From Octopus vulgaris (taxonomy: Eukaryota): a stretch of DNA of 64,000 bases. Below the pieces are notes generated by a model. It worked only from the letters and a program-made list of their open reading frames with translations, did no database searches and was not told the origin of the DNA. Position numbers and translations under genes: made by a program. Below are positions 1 to 15,485 of the stretch, one piece after another (position 1 is the stretch's first letter; every line of letters begins with the position of its first letter). The stretch is from contig OX597816.1 in the NCBI GenBank assembly GCA_951406725.2, positions 126,170,001-126,234,000 on the forward strand. Reading direction: 5' to 3'.

Positions 1-1186
1 TGGACAGCAGTATTCAAGGTGGGGTCGGGCAAAAGTGGAGAAGAGAAGGATAATAGCGTGGGAATCTCTCGACTGGAAGGTTCTGAGAATCCAGGAACAC
101 ATTCTGCGGGCCATGTCAACTTTGCTGCTTATATGTGTAGCCCAGCTTATGTTGTTGTCCACTGTTACTCCCAGGTCTCTGATGTTGTTGGATGCCATGA
201 GAATTTCTCCAGAAGGAAGAGAGTATGGGAGTTTCAGAGCGTCCTCCCTTCCAAAGTGGACCAGTTCGAATTTGTCTTCATTTAGCAACATGTTATTCTT
301 TTCCGCCCATTGGACAACAGCCAGTAGGTCTGACTGAAGGTTTATTCGGTCATCCACGCCATTGATGACCTTCTGGAGCTTGGAATCATCAGCGAAGGTT
401 CTGATGTTGCTGTGTTTGATGGTGTCAGTAATATCATTTATGTAGATGATGAAGAGAAGTGGGCCCAACACAGTGCCTTGTGGGACACCACTGCTGACTT
501 TGGCTGGGCTGGATTTGACTCCTTCGACTACAACATGTTGGGTTCTGTTAGAGAGGAAGCACTTGATCCATTGCAGCAGCTTTCCAGTGACACCAATATT
601 GGACAGCTTTCTCAGAAGGATCTTATGATCAACCTTGTCAAAGGCCTTGCTGAAATCAAGGTAGATGACATCAGTGTTGGAACCCTCTCCCAAGGCTCTC
701 AAAATGTCATCAAAATGATGCAGTAGCTGCGTCAGGCAATCTCTCCCATTACGGAATCCATGCTGGTTGGGGTTCAGCATATTATGACTCTCAAGGAAGT
801 GAGTCATACGCGATCTCAGCACCCTCTCAAATACCTTGATGATATGAGAGGTGAGTGAGATTGGACGGTAATTCACGGCAAGCGATTTGTTTCCTTTTTG
901 AAAACTGGGACAACAGACTGGGATAGAAGGTCTTCTGGTATATATCCAGCATCCAATGAGTTCCGCCACAGATTGGCTAGAGGGGGTGCAAGTTGGTTTT
1001 GACACATCTTCAAGACACAAGCAGGGAACCTATCGGGACCTACTGCTGAATTATGCTTCATTTCCTTTATTGCTGCTAAGACATCAGGAGCGCCAAATGT
1101 TATGTCCGATAAAGTGTATTGGGGAGTAACATCACTGATACAGCCCAGATCAGTCATATCAGAAATCAAGGTAGCTGATATCAGTC
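1..1186 (-). mobile_element. CR1-group non-LTR retrotransposon (LINE) ORF2 fragment, reverse transcriptase; runs off the window start
   Basis: Minus strand reads SAVGPDRFPA..VVPVFKK, then after a 1-nt shift in an A-run near 895: NYRPISLTSHIIKVFER..QHGFR..VIYLDFSKAFDKVDH..SGVPQGTVLGPLLF..RTFADDSK (FADD at about 385-396)..RDLGV..RPHLEYC. Confidence 0.93.
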
Positions 1187-1187
1187 A

Positions 1188-4772
<3,585 letters not shown>

Positions 4773-5640
4773 ACTACAAAATTAGAAAATGGAGAAACAT
4801 ACTTAAATCAATAAAACATCAACTATCAGATGATACCCAATCAATACTTTATTACACCATTACATATCAGTAAAGGCATTATACAAAATATACAGTAAAA
4901 GTAAATAGACAAAGAGATATAAGTATAAAATTTCAAATATAATATGTAATTAAATCAAATCTGACAGCTGTTTCGGCAGTGAGGGCAGTCATACCTCATT
5001 TAACCTATAAGCCATAAAGGCAGGTATAAATGAGGCATTAATAAGGCTGCTTCACGGCCTCTTCAGAGAATTAAATTTGTTATAATTGTGAAAAAGATTA
5101 TTTAACCATATACATATAAATATAAAAATATAAAAATGTAAAATATAAAAACTTATACATAAACTTCATAATGCTACACTTATATAATATAATACTCATT
5201 AGTACAATAATGCAAGGTAAACAGAACAAAATAAAACAAAATATATATCAGTGTATATATTAATATTAATAAGCACCATTATTATACATATTTGGCTAAT
5301 AGTTTTAAAAAAAAACTAACACATAGGGAGATGAAAAATAATAATTAAAACCATGGTTCAGTTCATAAAATTATAAAGCTATAAAAGTCAATAAATTACT
5401 ATTAATAATAATAATAATAATAATAATAGTAGATACAGTTATGTTTGCACCAAGTCCATCCTTTCAAGATCGAAATAACTATGAGTTTAGAAATACTGAC
5501 CACTAGGTAATGATAATTTAGATTAATTCGATTGGCTAGTGGTTTGAAATTTAAATCACAAAAGAAATTATACGGTTGGTTAGTCAAGGACGCCAATATT
5601 CACACGCGCATCCACAGATCAATCGCACATACACACATAA
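4773..5640 (-). mobile_element. AT-rich non-coding HHR-bearing element between (AT)n tracts, probably a non-autonomous Penelope-like derivative; boundaries approximate
   Basis: Complex sequence bounded by (AT)n on both sides and containing the HHR at 4957-5072; no ORF. Confidence 0.5.
4957..5072 (-). ncRNA. Type I hammerhead ribozyme with a very long stem II
   Basis: Minus strand: aattct-CTGAAGA-GGCcGTGAaGCAG..TGCCTCATTTA..TAAATGAGGTA..CTGCccTCACtGCC-GAAAC-AGCT-GTC-agattt. Canonical core, palindromic stem III ACAGCTGT, GUC site (cut between 4963 and 4962). Confidence 0.8.
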
Positions 5641-5687
5641 TTATATGTATACACATACATATACATATACATAACCACAAGCAACAT

Positions 5688-7737
<2,050 letters not shown>

Positions 7738-7888
7738 ATAACTATTATTTTCCGGGAACGCTGCCGCTGTTCTCTTTTAGAGAGACTTAGTTATTTTAAT
7801 ATTTCTATTATTGAAAACAAGTGGATGTATTCCACCGAAACTAGGTAAATAAAACCATCGAACAGAGATTGTCTGAAGCGACACCTAC

Positions 7889-7950
7889 TGGCTGGCTACG
7901 CTGCATTGAAAAGGAGCAATACCCCGAAACGCGTCTGTAGCTGCCGGTCA
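7889..7950 (+). ncRNA. Type I hammerhead, U3-A8 core variant, unit 1 (stem II has an A.C mismatch)
   Basis: TGGCTGGC-tac-GCTGCA-TTGAAAA-GGAG-caata-CCCC-GAAAC-GC-GTC-TGTAGC-t-GCCGGTCA; predicted cut after C7935. Confidence 0.78.
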
Positions 7951-8250
7951 AGTAGTGTGGAGCGACTGACCTCCCTTGTTCGAAGGTTATATGGATACAG
8001 TTTGTGTATCAAATAGCTAACTTAAGGCGATGGCCTCATGGAGCTAATAAGCGGACAGCTTTTTTCTTATTTTTATAAGAATGCCATATTAGTATGGCGA
8101 TAACTATTATTTTCCGGGAACGCTGCCGCTGTTCTCTTTTAGAGAGACTTAGTTATTTTAATATTTCTATTATTGAAAACAAGTGGATGTATTCCACCGA
8201 AACTAGGTAAATAAAACCATCGAACAGAGATTGTCGGAAGCGACACCTAC

Positions 8251-8312
8251 TGGCTGGCTACGCTGCATTGAAAAGGGGCAATACCCCGAAACGCGTCTGT
8301 AGCTGCCGGTCA
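8251..8312 (+). ncRNA. Type I hammerhead, U3-A8 core variant, unit 2 (fully paired)
   Basis: GCTGCA-TTGAAAA-GGGG-caata-CCCC-GAAAC-GC-GTC-TGTAGC, with extended stem I TGGCTGGC/GCCGGTCA; predicted cut after C8297. Confidence 0.85.
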
Positions 8313-8499
8313 AGTAGTGTGGAGTGACTGACCTCCCTTGTTCGAAGGTTATATGGATACAGTTTGTGTATCAAATAGCTAACTTAAGGCGATGGCCTCA
8401 TGGAGCTAATAAGCAGACAGCTTTTTTCTTATTTTCATAAGAATGCCATATTAGTATGGCGATAACTATTATTTTCCGGGAACGCTGCCGCTGTTCTCT

Positions 8500-9465
8500 A
8501 TAATATTGCAGGTAGAACTCTGCTGTTGATGAGGTTGGCACGGATGGTCCTGTCCAACCTTCCCTTGAGCACATCCCTTATGCCATTAAACGCCTTCCAT
8601 CTGGCCCTTACTCTCCGTGAGATCTCCTTTTCGATATCTCAGCACATATTCACTTCCTGTCCCAGGTAGACATATTCCTTTAACTCCTCTAATCTTCAGT
8701 CAAGAACCGGATCATCTTTGCAATTACGGCTGATTAATCTTGAGATTGCTCCAATCCTTTACCTCCTCTATCGCTTCCGATCACCATTTGACCTGTTGGT
8801 ACATTGTCTGATCGCATGAACTTTGTTTTCATGCGGTTTGTCTGATCGCATGAACTTTGTTTTCATGCAGTTCATCTTGAGACCTACTGCAGAGATTTTG
8901 ATGTTGAGCTTCGACAGCATGGTCTGAAGCTGATCCATGGTTTTAGCGATAATTATGATGTCATCAGCAAAACGGAGGTGGGTGAGGAGCTCGCCAGTGA
9001 TGTTGACACTGCCTTGCCAGTTGATGCCTCTGATGATCTGCTCGAGACATGCGGTAAAAAGTTTTAGAGAGATCGTATCTCCTTGCTTCACTCCCTTCTT
9101 GACCGGCACTTGTACGGGTGATGACAGCAGAGCTATGTCAGTGGTGTATCCAGAATTTGCTTCCCTGAGCAGTTGCACATATTGCTCTTCAACTCCTTGC
9201 CTCTGCAGCGAGTTCAGCACTGCGTTGGTTTTGACGCTGTCGAAGGCCTTCTCATAGTCTACAAACGCAACGCAAAGAGGCAGCTTGTACTCTTTTGCTC
9301 ACTCAAGCACTTGTGTTAGAGTAAATATATGGTCCATCGTGCTGTAGTTTTTTCTGGAAGCCAGCTTGTTCCCTCAGTTGTTGTTTGTCGAGATGATGTG
9401 ATAACCTGTTCAGAATTATCTTTGTGAACAGCTTGTACACATGAGACAGCAGGCATATGGGTCGG
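8500..9465 (-). mobile_element. RTE-clade LINE reverse transcriptase fragment, decayed
   Basis: Minus strand: STMDHIF..FVDYEKAFDSV..KKGVKQGDTISLKLF..LTHLRFADDI..GLKMNCMKTKFM..YVYLGQ; local 33-bp-period duplication near 8806-8868. Confidence 0.88.
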
Positions 9466-9514
9466 TAAGGTATTTTTCGATGTTGTTATTATTTTTATTA
9501 TTATTATTATTATG

Positions 9515-9546
<32 letters not shown>

Positions 9547-9800
9547 AGTCACTGCCTGGAATCACATGGGCATATGGCGTAGTGGTTAATAGTTTGATTC
9601 GAGGCAGTGACCTGAATAATAACATCGAAAAATACCTTAGGAATGAGAACCCACGTTCAAAATTTTCCCAAGACACCTGATGAAGGCTAGAGGGTATATC
9701 AGCTGAAAACGTGTTAACAACAAACAAGATGAGGACACATATCTGTCAAATGTAAGTAATGTACATAATTCCTCATCTCTTAACTATAGAACTGTACAAT
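9466..9800 (+). mobile_element. tRNA-headed short element with a degenerate hammerhead, preceded by an inverted partial copy of itself
   Basis: A-box TGGCGTAGTGG 9575-9585, B-box-like GTTTGATTC 9592-9600; GACAC-CTGATGA-aGGCT..AGCT-GAAAAC-GTGTT at 9672-9715; 9466-9563 is an inverted copy of about 9596-9639 with an expanded (ATT)n. Confidence 0.65.
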
Positions 9801-9801
9801 G

Positions 9802-9834
<33 letters not shown>

Positions 9835-9836
<2 letters not shown>

Positions 9837-10118
9837 TCTATCGGTCTCTTTTGCCGAACGGCTAAGTTATGGGGACATAATTACATCAGCATCGGTTGTC
9901 AAGTGAAGGAGAAGGGTGCAGACAAACACAGACACTCAAATACATAAATATTTATACAACAAGCTTCTTTCAGTTTCTGTCTGCCAAATCCACTCACAAG
10001 GCTTTGGTTGGCCCAAGATTATAGTAGAAGTCACTTGCCCAAGATGCCATGCAGTGGAACTGAACCCAGAACCTTGTGTTTAGTAAGCAAGCTATTTACC
10101 ACACAACCACTCCTGCGC
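9835..10118 (-). mobile_element. tRNA-derived SINE, family A (octopus-type)
   Basis: Minus strand: tggttgtgtggtaa..ggttcagttccactgcatggcatcttgggcaagt..gtgagtggatttggcagacagaaactgaaagaagc; homologous to copies at 16.1, 23.8, 53.0, 56.6 and 61.5 kb. Confidence 0.85.
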
Positions 10119-10171
10119 ATATATATGTATATATATATGTATTAATTTTAATTAAGCAGCAAAGGGATAAA

Positions 10172-11166
10172 TAACAATTGACTATCATTGATTATTATTT
10201 TTTAATACAAAACTTTATCCCATCTAACAGCCGTTTCTGCTTCCAAAGTCCCACAGCACTGCCAAAGAAAATTCTGAGTATAATATTCTTCATATTCTAT
10301 GGTACATCCAATCTGGAACATGGAGCTTCATTAGAGTGAAGAAAAATACATAAAAATAAAAGAAAGGAAACGAAAAGAAACCTCAAGAGGAGAAATGATG
10401 ACTTATATATTTGAATCATACCATTTTGCAGTGTAACACTTCAGGCTATTGAGTAAATGAGTGAACTAGAAAATTAGTTGGTAGGTTAAACTCTCTTTAG
10501 GGGTAACAGGGTATATAAATAATAAAAATTGAAATATGTACTTTAGCATAACGAGATACACCAATAGTTCTAGAACAAGAGGGAGTGATAGTGCCATAAC
10601 GTTTAGAACTAATCATAATAGTAATTAAGATTTCGTAAATAGTACTCATTAATATTTATCCAAATAACATGCCTATAAATTAATTGCATTTATTTACTTA
10701 CTGATTTATTGTAAAGACCAACCACCTATTGTCTGTAATGGAATTCACCACAGTCCAGCCATCAGTATAATTGGTCAGTTTCTTTATAATACATCAGTAA
10801 GTAAATAAATGTAATTAATTTGTGGGCATGTTATTTGGATGAATATTAATTAGTACTGTTTACAAAATCTTAAGTACTATTATGATTAGTTCTAAATGTT
10901 ATGGCACGATCATTCTTTCTCTAGAACTCTTGGTATATCCCATATATACTAAAGTTCTTATTTTACTTTATATTATTTATACATATATGCATTTTCTTTC
11001 AAAGTGATGAAGCTTCAATGTTCCAGATCAGATGTGCTATGGAGTATGAAGATTATTATTCTCAGGATTTTCTTTGGCAATGCTGTCGGACTGTGGAAGC
11101 AGAAAGGGCTGTTAGATGGGATAAAGTTTTGTATTAAAAAATAATAATCGATGGTAGTCAGTTGTT
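10172..11166. repeat. Old ~1-kb inverted repeat (fold-back) with a decayed HHR in each arm
   Basis: 10172-10335 is inverted to 11003-11166, and about 10512-10715 is inverted to about 10782-10983 (roughly 80% identity by eye); the left arm has about 150 extra bp. Confidence 0.85.
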
Positions 11167-11369
11167 GCTGATCAAGATTTCTCTATTTTCTGCTCAATAT
11201 AAATTTCATTCCATATAAACTCTTGTTTATTTTTGTTATTGCTTGTATCCTATGAGCATATTATGCTTGCATATGTATGCCCAGGATGAACATAGGTAAT
11301 TTATAACAGTAGTAAAATAGATATTCTTATCCCTTAGATGGTTATTCCAACCGCTAACTCTACTAACCT

Positions 11370-11404
<35 letters not shown>

Positions 11405-11542
11405 AGATGTACTCGCATAGCAAGTAATTTGATCTGAGATCGTGTGCTGAAACGAAAACAATTGCAGCGTGGAAGGTGTTTATAAGCCATTTAAGAAACA
11501 CACAAAAGCCGTTCGATTCACTTCAACATTTAAGTTTAATTT

Positions 11543-11586
11543 GTCAAAATATTTTCGTCGCTAAAATCCACGACCTGTTCACTGAC
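11543..11586 (-). ncRNA. Minimal type I hammerhead, G3-C8 core variant
   Basis: Minus strand: GTCA-GTGAACA-g-GTCGT-ggatttta-GCGAC-GAA-AATATT-T-TGAC. Confidence 0.65.
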
Positions 11587-11614
11587 AAAAATCCGTGATG
11601 CAGCACGTGAACAG

Positions 11615-11658
11615 GTCAGTGAACAGGTCGCGGATTTTAGTGACGAAAATATTTTGAC
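11615..11658 (+). ncRNA. Minimal type I hammerhead, G3-C8 core variant
   Basis: GTCA-GTGAACA-g-GTCGC-ggatttta-GTGAC-GAA-AATATT-T-TGAC. Confidence 0.65.
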
Positions 11659-11767
11659 AAATTAAACTTAAATGTTGAAGTGAATCGAACGGCTTTTGTG
11701 TGTTTCTTAAATGGCTTATAAACACCTTCCACGCTGCAATTGTTTATATATATATAGATATATATCA

Positions 11768-11799
<32 letters not shown>

Positions 11800-11899
11800 A
11801 TATATATATATACAATATATATATATATATATATATATACAGACATATATATATGTATATGTACATATATATATATATGTACATATATATATACATACA

Positions 11900-11961
<62 letters not shown>

Positions 11962-12082
11962 AGATTCAGATAAATATGGTACCTAAGTTGATGAGGCACC
12001 AGAATTTAGTATGGTATTATCCATACAATTTCAAAGTAACGTGATTAAAATCAAAATAAGCAACAAGGATATCCAGTGATAA

Positions 12083-12169
12083 TGCAGTACGATCGTTTCA
12101 TGCAACTCCATTTGATTGAATAATGCAATCATTACATCAATTTAAAATTGTGAGCAATCCTCAGCTGCA
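12083..12169 (-). ncRNA. Type I hammerhead with extended stem II, inside a short element at about 11963-12290
   Basis: Minus strand: TGCAG-CTGAGGA-tTGCTC..TTGAtGTAATG-attg-CATTAT-TCAA..GAGttGCAt-GAAAC-GATC-GTA-CTGCA. Perfect 5-bp stem I, palindromic stem III ACGATCGT, GUA site. Confidence 0.75.
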
Positions 12170-14360
12170 CAAAGACATAGAATTTAATCAAATTAAAACA
12201 GATGGACACATTAGTATAATTTATACCCCAAATAGATAGATAAAGAACATGCTGGCTTCACTCCAGCATAGAAGTTACTAAGTTATCAAGAAGATATATT
12301 TTGTTACAGACTCTGTCTGACACTGATTTTTTTGTTTTCATGGGTCAGTTTTAATTTATAAACTAGTTTATCAAATCCTTGTATATCTAAGGCTAAGAGA
12401 ACATATATATGTATAAGATAAAACTTACTTGGAAAAGGATGCTTGGTGTTTGATCATATAACAATATAAATAATATATAAATATATGTATACCACTTATA
12501 AAGATCATCTTCCACACCCATTGCAGTGAGTTTTGTCATAAGTCATTTCTGTGGCACAGAAATGAAAGCTTTAACAAACTCAGGATAGATAACATCTACC
12601 CATGATTCAGGTAATGTCTTCAAGAAACTCAATGAATTGGTGACAACAACTGGAGTTAGGGATAAATCCAAATTGTAAGGATCGAATAAAGCTGTGAGAA
12701 CTCATAAGTTCCAGAGTACTCTGACACAGTACTCCATCAGTCTAGTGAGACTGAATGCACAACAGTTGATAAGTGATACACAATCACCCATTATGTATAG
12801 GGAATTGACATTGGAAATTTTCAATTGCTCTGGAGTGATGTATTTATCAAGGAAGAATTGGAATAATGAAGTCTGGTGCAAAAGAAAGACCAGGAGAAGC
12901 ATCATCATCATCATCAGTTGCACTTATTGTTTATTGAATGAAAATTTTTTAATATACTGACATAATTTTTGTAAAAAAAAATTAAGAAGTGATTTTGTTG
13001 TTATGATTGTTTGGAATGCTAGATGCCTTACAATGATAACTGTCCAGATCAATTTTGGCCATTTTTTTTTTCTTAACTTAGAAACCATGGAGGAGCCTTT
13101 TCGGTAAAAAAAAAAAAAGAAAAATTGTAAATATTTTCAGAGGAGAAGGTGAACAATTCAAGGATGTTGTTTCTAGGACAACCCAAACCACCCTCTGTTT
13201 TCTCTGTATTGATGTTTTTTCAATATCTTTCTCCTGTTAAACACATTTCATGGAATGATGATGCTGAAGTAACACATGCATAGTCCATTGGTGGAATATA
13301 AGCAACAAGAAAAAATTTGTAATCTAAATTGTTACCCCACCTCAATCAAGTGAAGCCATGTGTGTGTAAGCAAAAACATTTTCTAACAGAAAAGTATGCT
13401 ATTAAAATGAATTATCGTTTATGTAACTCTTTTTTAAAATCACTATGGATAAATGCCAGCAATGATCTTCTTAGGCTCTCCAGTATTTTAAATTATAAAC
13501 AGGAACAATCGGGGGCAGGGAGTGGGGTTGCAAAAAAATTATAATTTTTCAAATTTATTTCTTATAGTATATAAATGTATTTATGGGGAGAAAAATATTG
13601 AAAAACATCAATACATGAGAGTGATTAAAAAATGAGGAGATTTATCTTGGGATATGCTTGAAACAACAGCCAAATCTTCCTTAAATCACTTACTTATCCC
13701 TCTGAAAACATTAACAGTTTATTTTTAGTTTTTACCAAAAGCCTCCTCCCATGAAATTCCTCTTTCCATTCCCTCGCAAAAATTCTTTGCCATGATTCCC
13801 TCTGAAGTTACAACATCTAAGTGGTATTTGTAGAAAATTCTGTTAAGAAGTATCCATTTTATGCATGTTATGAAGCATCAAATTTAGGGGCATATACATC
13901 TGTAGTTATGCCCTTTTATTTATATGATTTTTCATTTCATGCTTATTCATTCATTGTTTGCAATGTTCTCTTTCACCCCTCTCTCTCTCACACACATACT
14001 GCAAAGCTTACAGATGGGCTGCTGAATTAAAATCTCTATGTTGCTTTGAGGGGAAGGTAAAACTTGACAAACTGCTTCCCCCTCTGTAGCTGGGCTACCA
14101 TGCGGTTTGTTTAAGAAAGAGAGATTATGACTGTGATAAAATAATGAAAGCAATATTTACTAAGCAAATGAACTCTATTATACATAGAAATAATTAGACA
14201 TAGAATATCATAAAAATTATTAGAATTGGGAATTGACAGTGAAAATATTATCAAGTGGCTAGCAGAAAACTGCCTGGAAGGAAGTCATTTTGTTAGTGTA
14301 TATCTATATATGTGCATATTTAAGTATGTATGTATATATATGTATATATATATATATAGT

Positions 14361-14730
14361 GGAGGTGCAATGGCCCAGTGGTTAGCGCAGCAGACTCGCA
14401 GTTTAGGATAAAGATTCAATTTCCAGACCAGGCATTGTGAGAGTTTATTGAGCGAAATCACCTAAAGCGCCACGAGACTCTGGCAGAGGGTGGTTGTGAA
14501 CCCTGCTGTACTCTTTCACCACAACTTTCTCTCACGCTTTCTTCCTGATTCTGTTGTACTTGTATTTCAAAGGGCCAGCTTTGTCACACTCTGTGTCACA
14601 CTGAATCTCCCTGAGAACTACATTATGGGTACATGTGTCTGTGGGGTGCTCAGCCACTTGCATGTTAATTTCATGAGCAGGCTGTTTCATTGATCAGATC
14701 AACTGGAACCTTCATCATCATAACCAACAG
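14361..14730 (+). mobile_element. tRNA-derived SINE, family B
   Basis: A-box TGGCCCAGTGG at 14371-14381, degenerate B-box near 14414, GC-richer body flanked by (AT)n. Confidence 0.7.
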
Positions 14731-14817
14731 AATACATGTATATATATATATGTGTGTGTGTGTGTATGTTTATATATTATGTGGATATATATGTGTGTGT
14801 GTATGTGTATAGTGTTG

Positions 14818-15485
14818 AGGTCTCTTCCTGGAGACAATGGGTAACCATATACTCCCACTCCTCTCAGTTATTTACAGGTCATCGGCTACTAAACAGGCTC
14901 CCCTCTTGGTTCAGCTTGCTAGATCTTGGAAGAGGGTGTGAAGGCACCCATCAGAGCTAAATACAAGATGTGTTCAAACGAGGGCACAGGAATGCTGTCC
15001 TTATCCCTTACCATACCAACAGTGGATCAAGCGGAGGAAGCTAGATCTCTGAACTCAACAATTAATCGTAGCAACAGAAGGCGATGCCAGACAGACTGGC
15101 TACAAAGGCACAACTCTAATAACATTGGAGCTAGCGGCATTCCATTGCAACCCATCTTCTGGACCTCACATGTCACTCTAGGTAGTGCCGCGGCAGAAGG
15201 ATTTTGAGCCAGTGTGTGGGGACCCTCTTGGCAAAGAGATCTCCACCCTAAATATACTCACATCATTGGCTGGTTTCTTTTGAATCCAACTTCCTCCCCC
15301 TTATTTTTTTACACAAGCCCAATGGTGACCGGTGATGGGGTAAGGATGTTGAGAGCAGGTTTTGGTGAAACAAGAAGCTCCTAGTCCAGACCTGCACATT
15401 GGCAGCAGGTGCAAGATGCTTGCCTTCCTGGGACTTGGTGACAACCCACGGACTCGGTCCTATATCTTTGGGGCAGGCCTATTTG
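14818..15485 (+). mobile_element. GC-richer non-coding retroelement fragment related to 24045-24528 (possibly derived from an RTE 5' UTR)
   Basis: Shares GGnnnTCGGCnACTAAACnGGCnnCCC..AGCTTGCT..GAGGGTGT with 24100-24154. Confidence 0.45.

Larger units (their letters stand above)
7738..8499 (+). repeat. 362-bp head-to-tail tandem repeat (2 units plus 38 bp) carrying hammerheads; non-LTR retrozyme-like or Penelope pseudo-LTR array
   Basis: actattattttccgggaacgctgccgctgttctc starts at 7741, 8103 and 8465 (period 362); about 5 substitutions between units 1 and 2 by eye. Confidence 0.9.
11456..11745. repeat. Near-perfect 131-bp inverted repeat with a 28-bp spacer, in an element starting near 11402 and flanked by (AT)n
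   Basis: 11456-11586 equals the reverse complement of 11615-11745 with 2 substitutions. Confidence 0.95.

Noticed and set aside
19-726. Plus-strand ORFs of 60-104 aa
   Set aside because: Antisense shadows of the minus-strand LINE RT.
7967-8028. HDV-like ribozyme in the 362-bp unit (TCCCTTG..GG..CTAA)
   Set aside because: No P1/P2 pseudoknot partners found; the segment is explained as a simple extended hairpin.
7738-8499. CRISPR array or LTR pair
   Set aside because: Units are contiguous with no spacers, no internal domain and no TG..CA ends; eukaryotic context.
12400-12915. Possible old LINE 3' fragment ending in (ATC)n
   Set aside because: No motif could be read with confidence.
14361-14435. 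tRNA gene calls at SINE heads (also 9575, 16157, 56117)
   Set aside because: A/B boxes run into SINE bodies; no complete cloverleaf.
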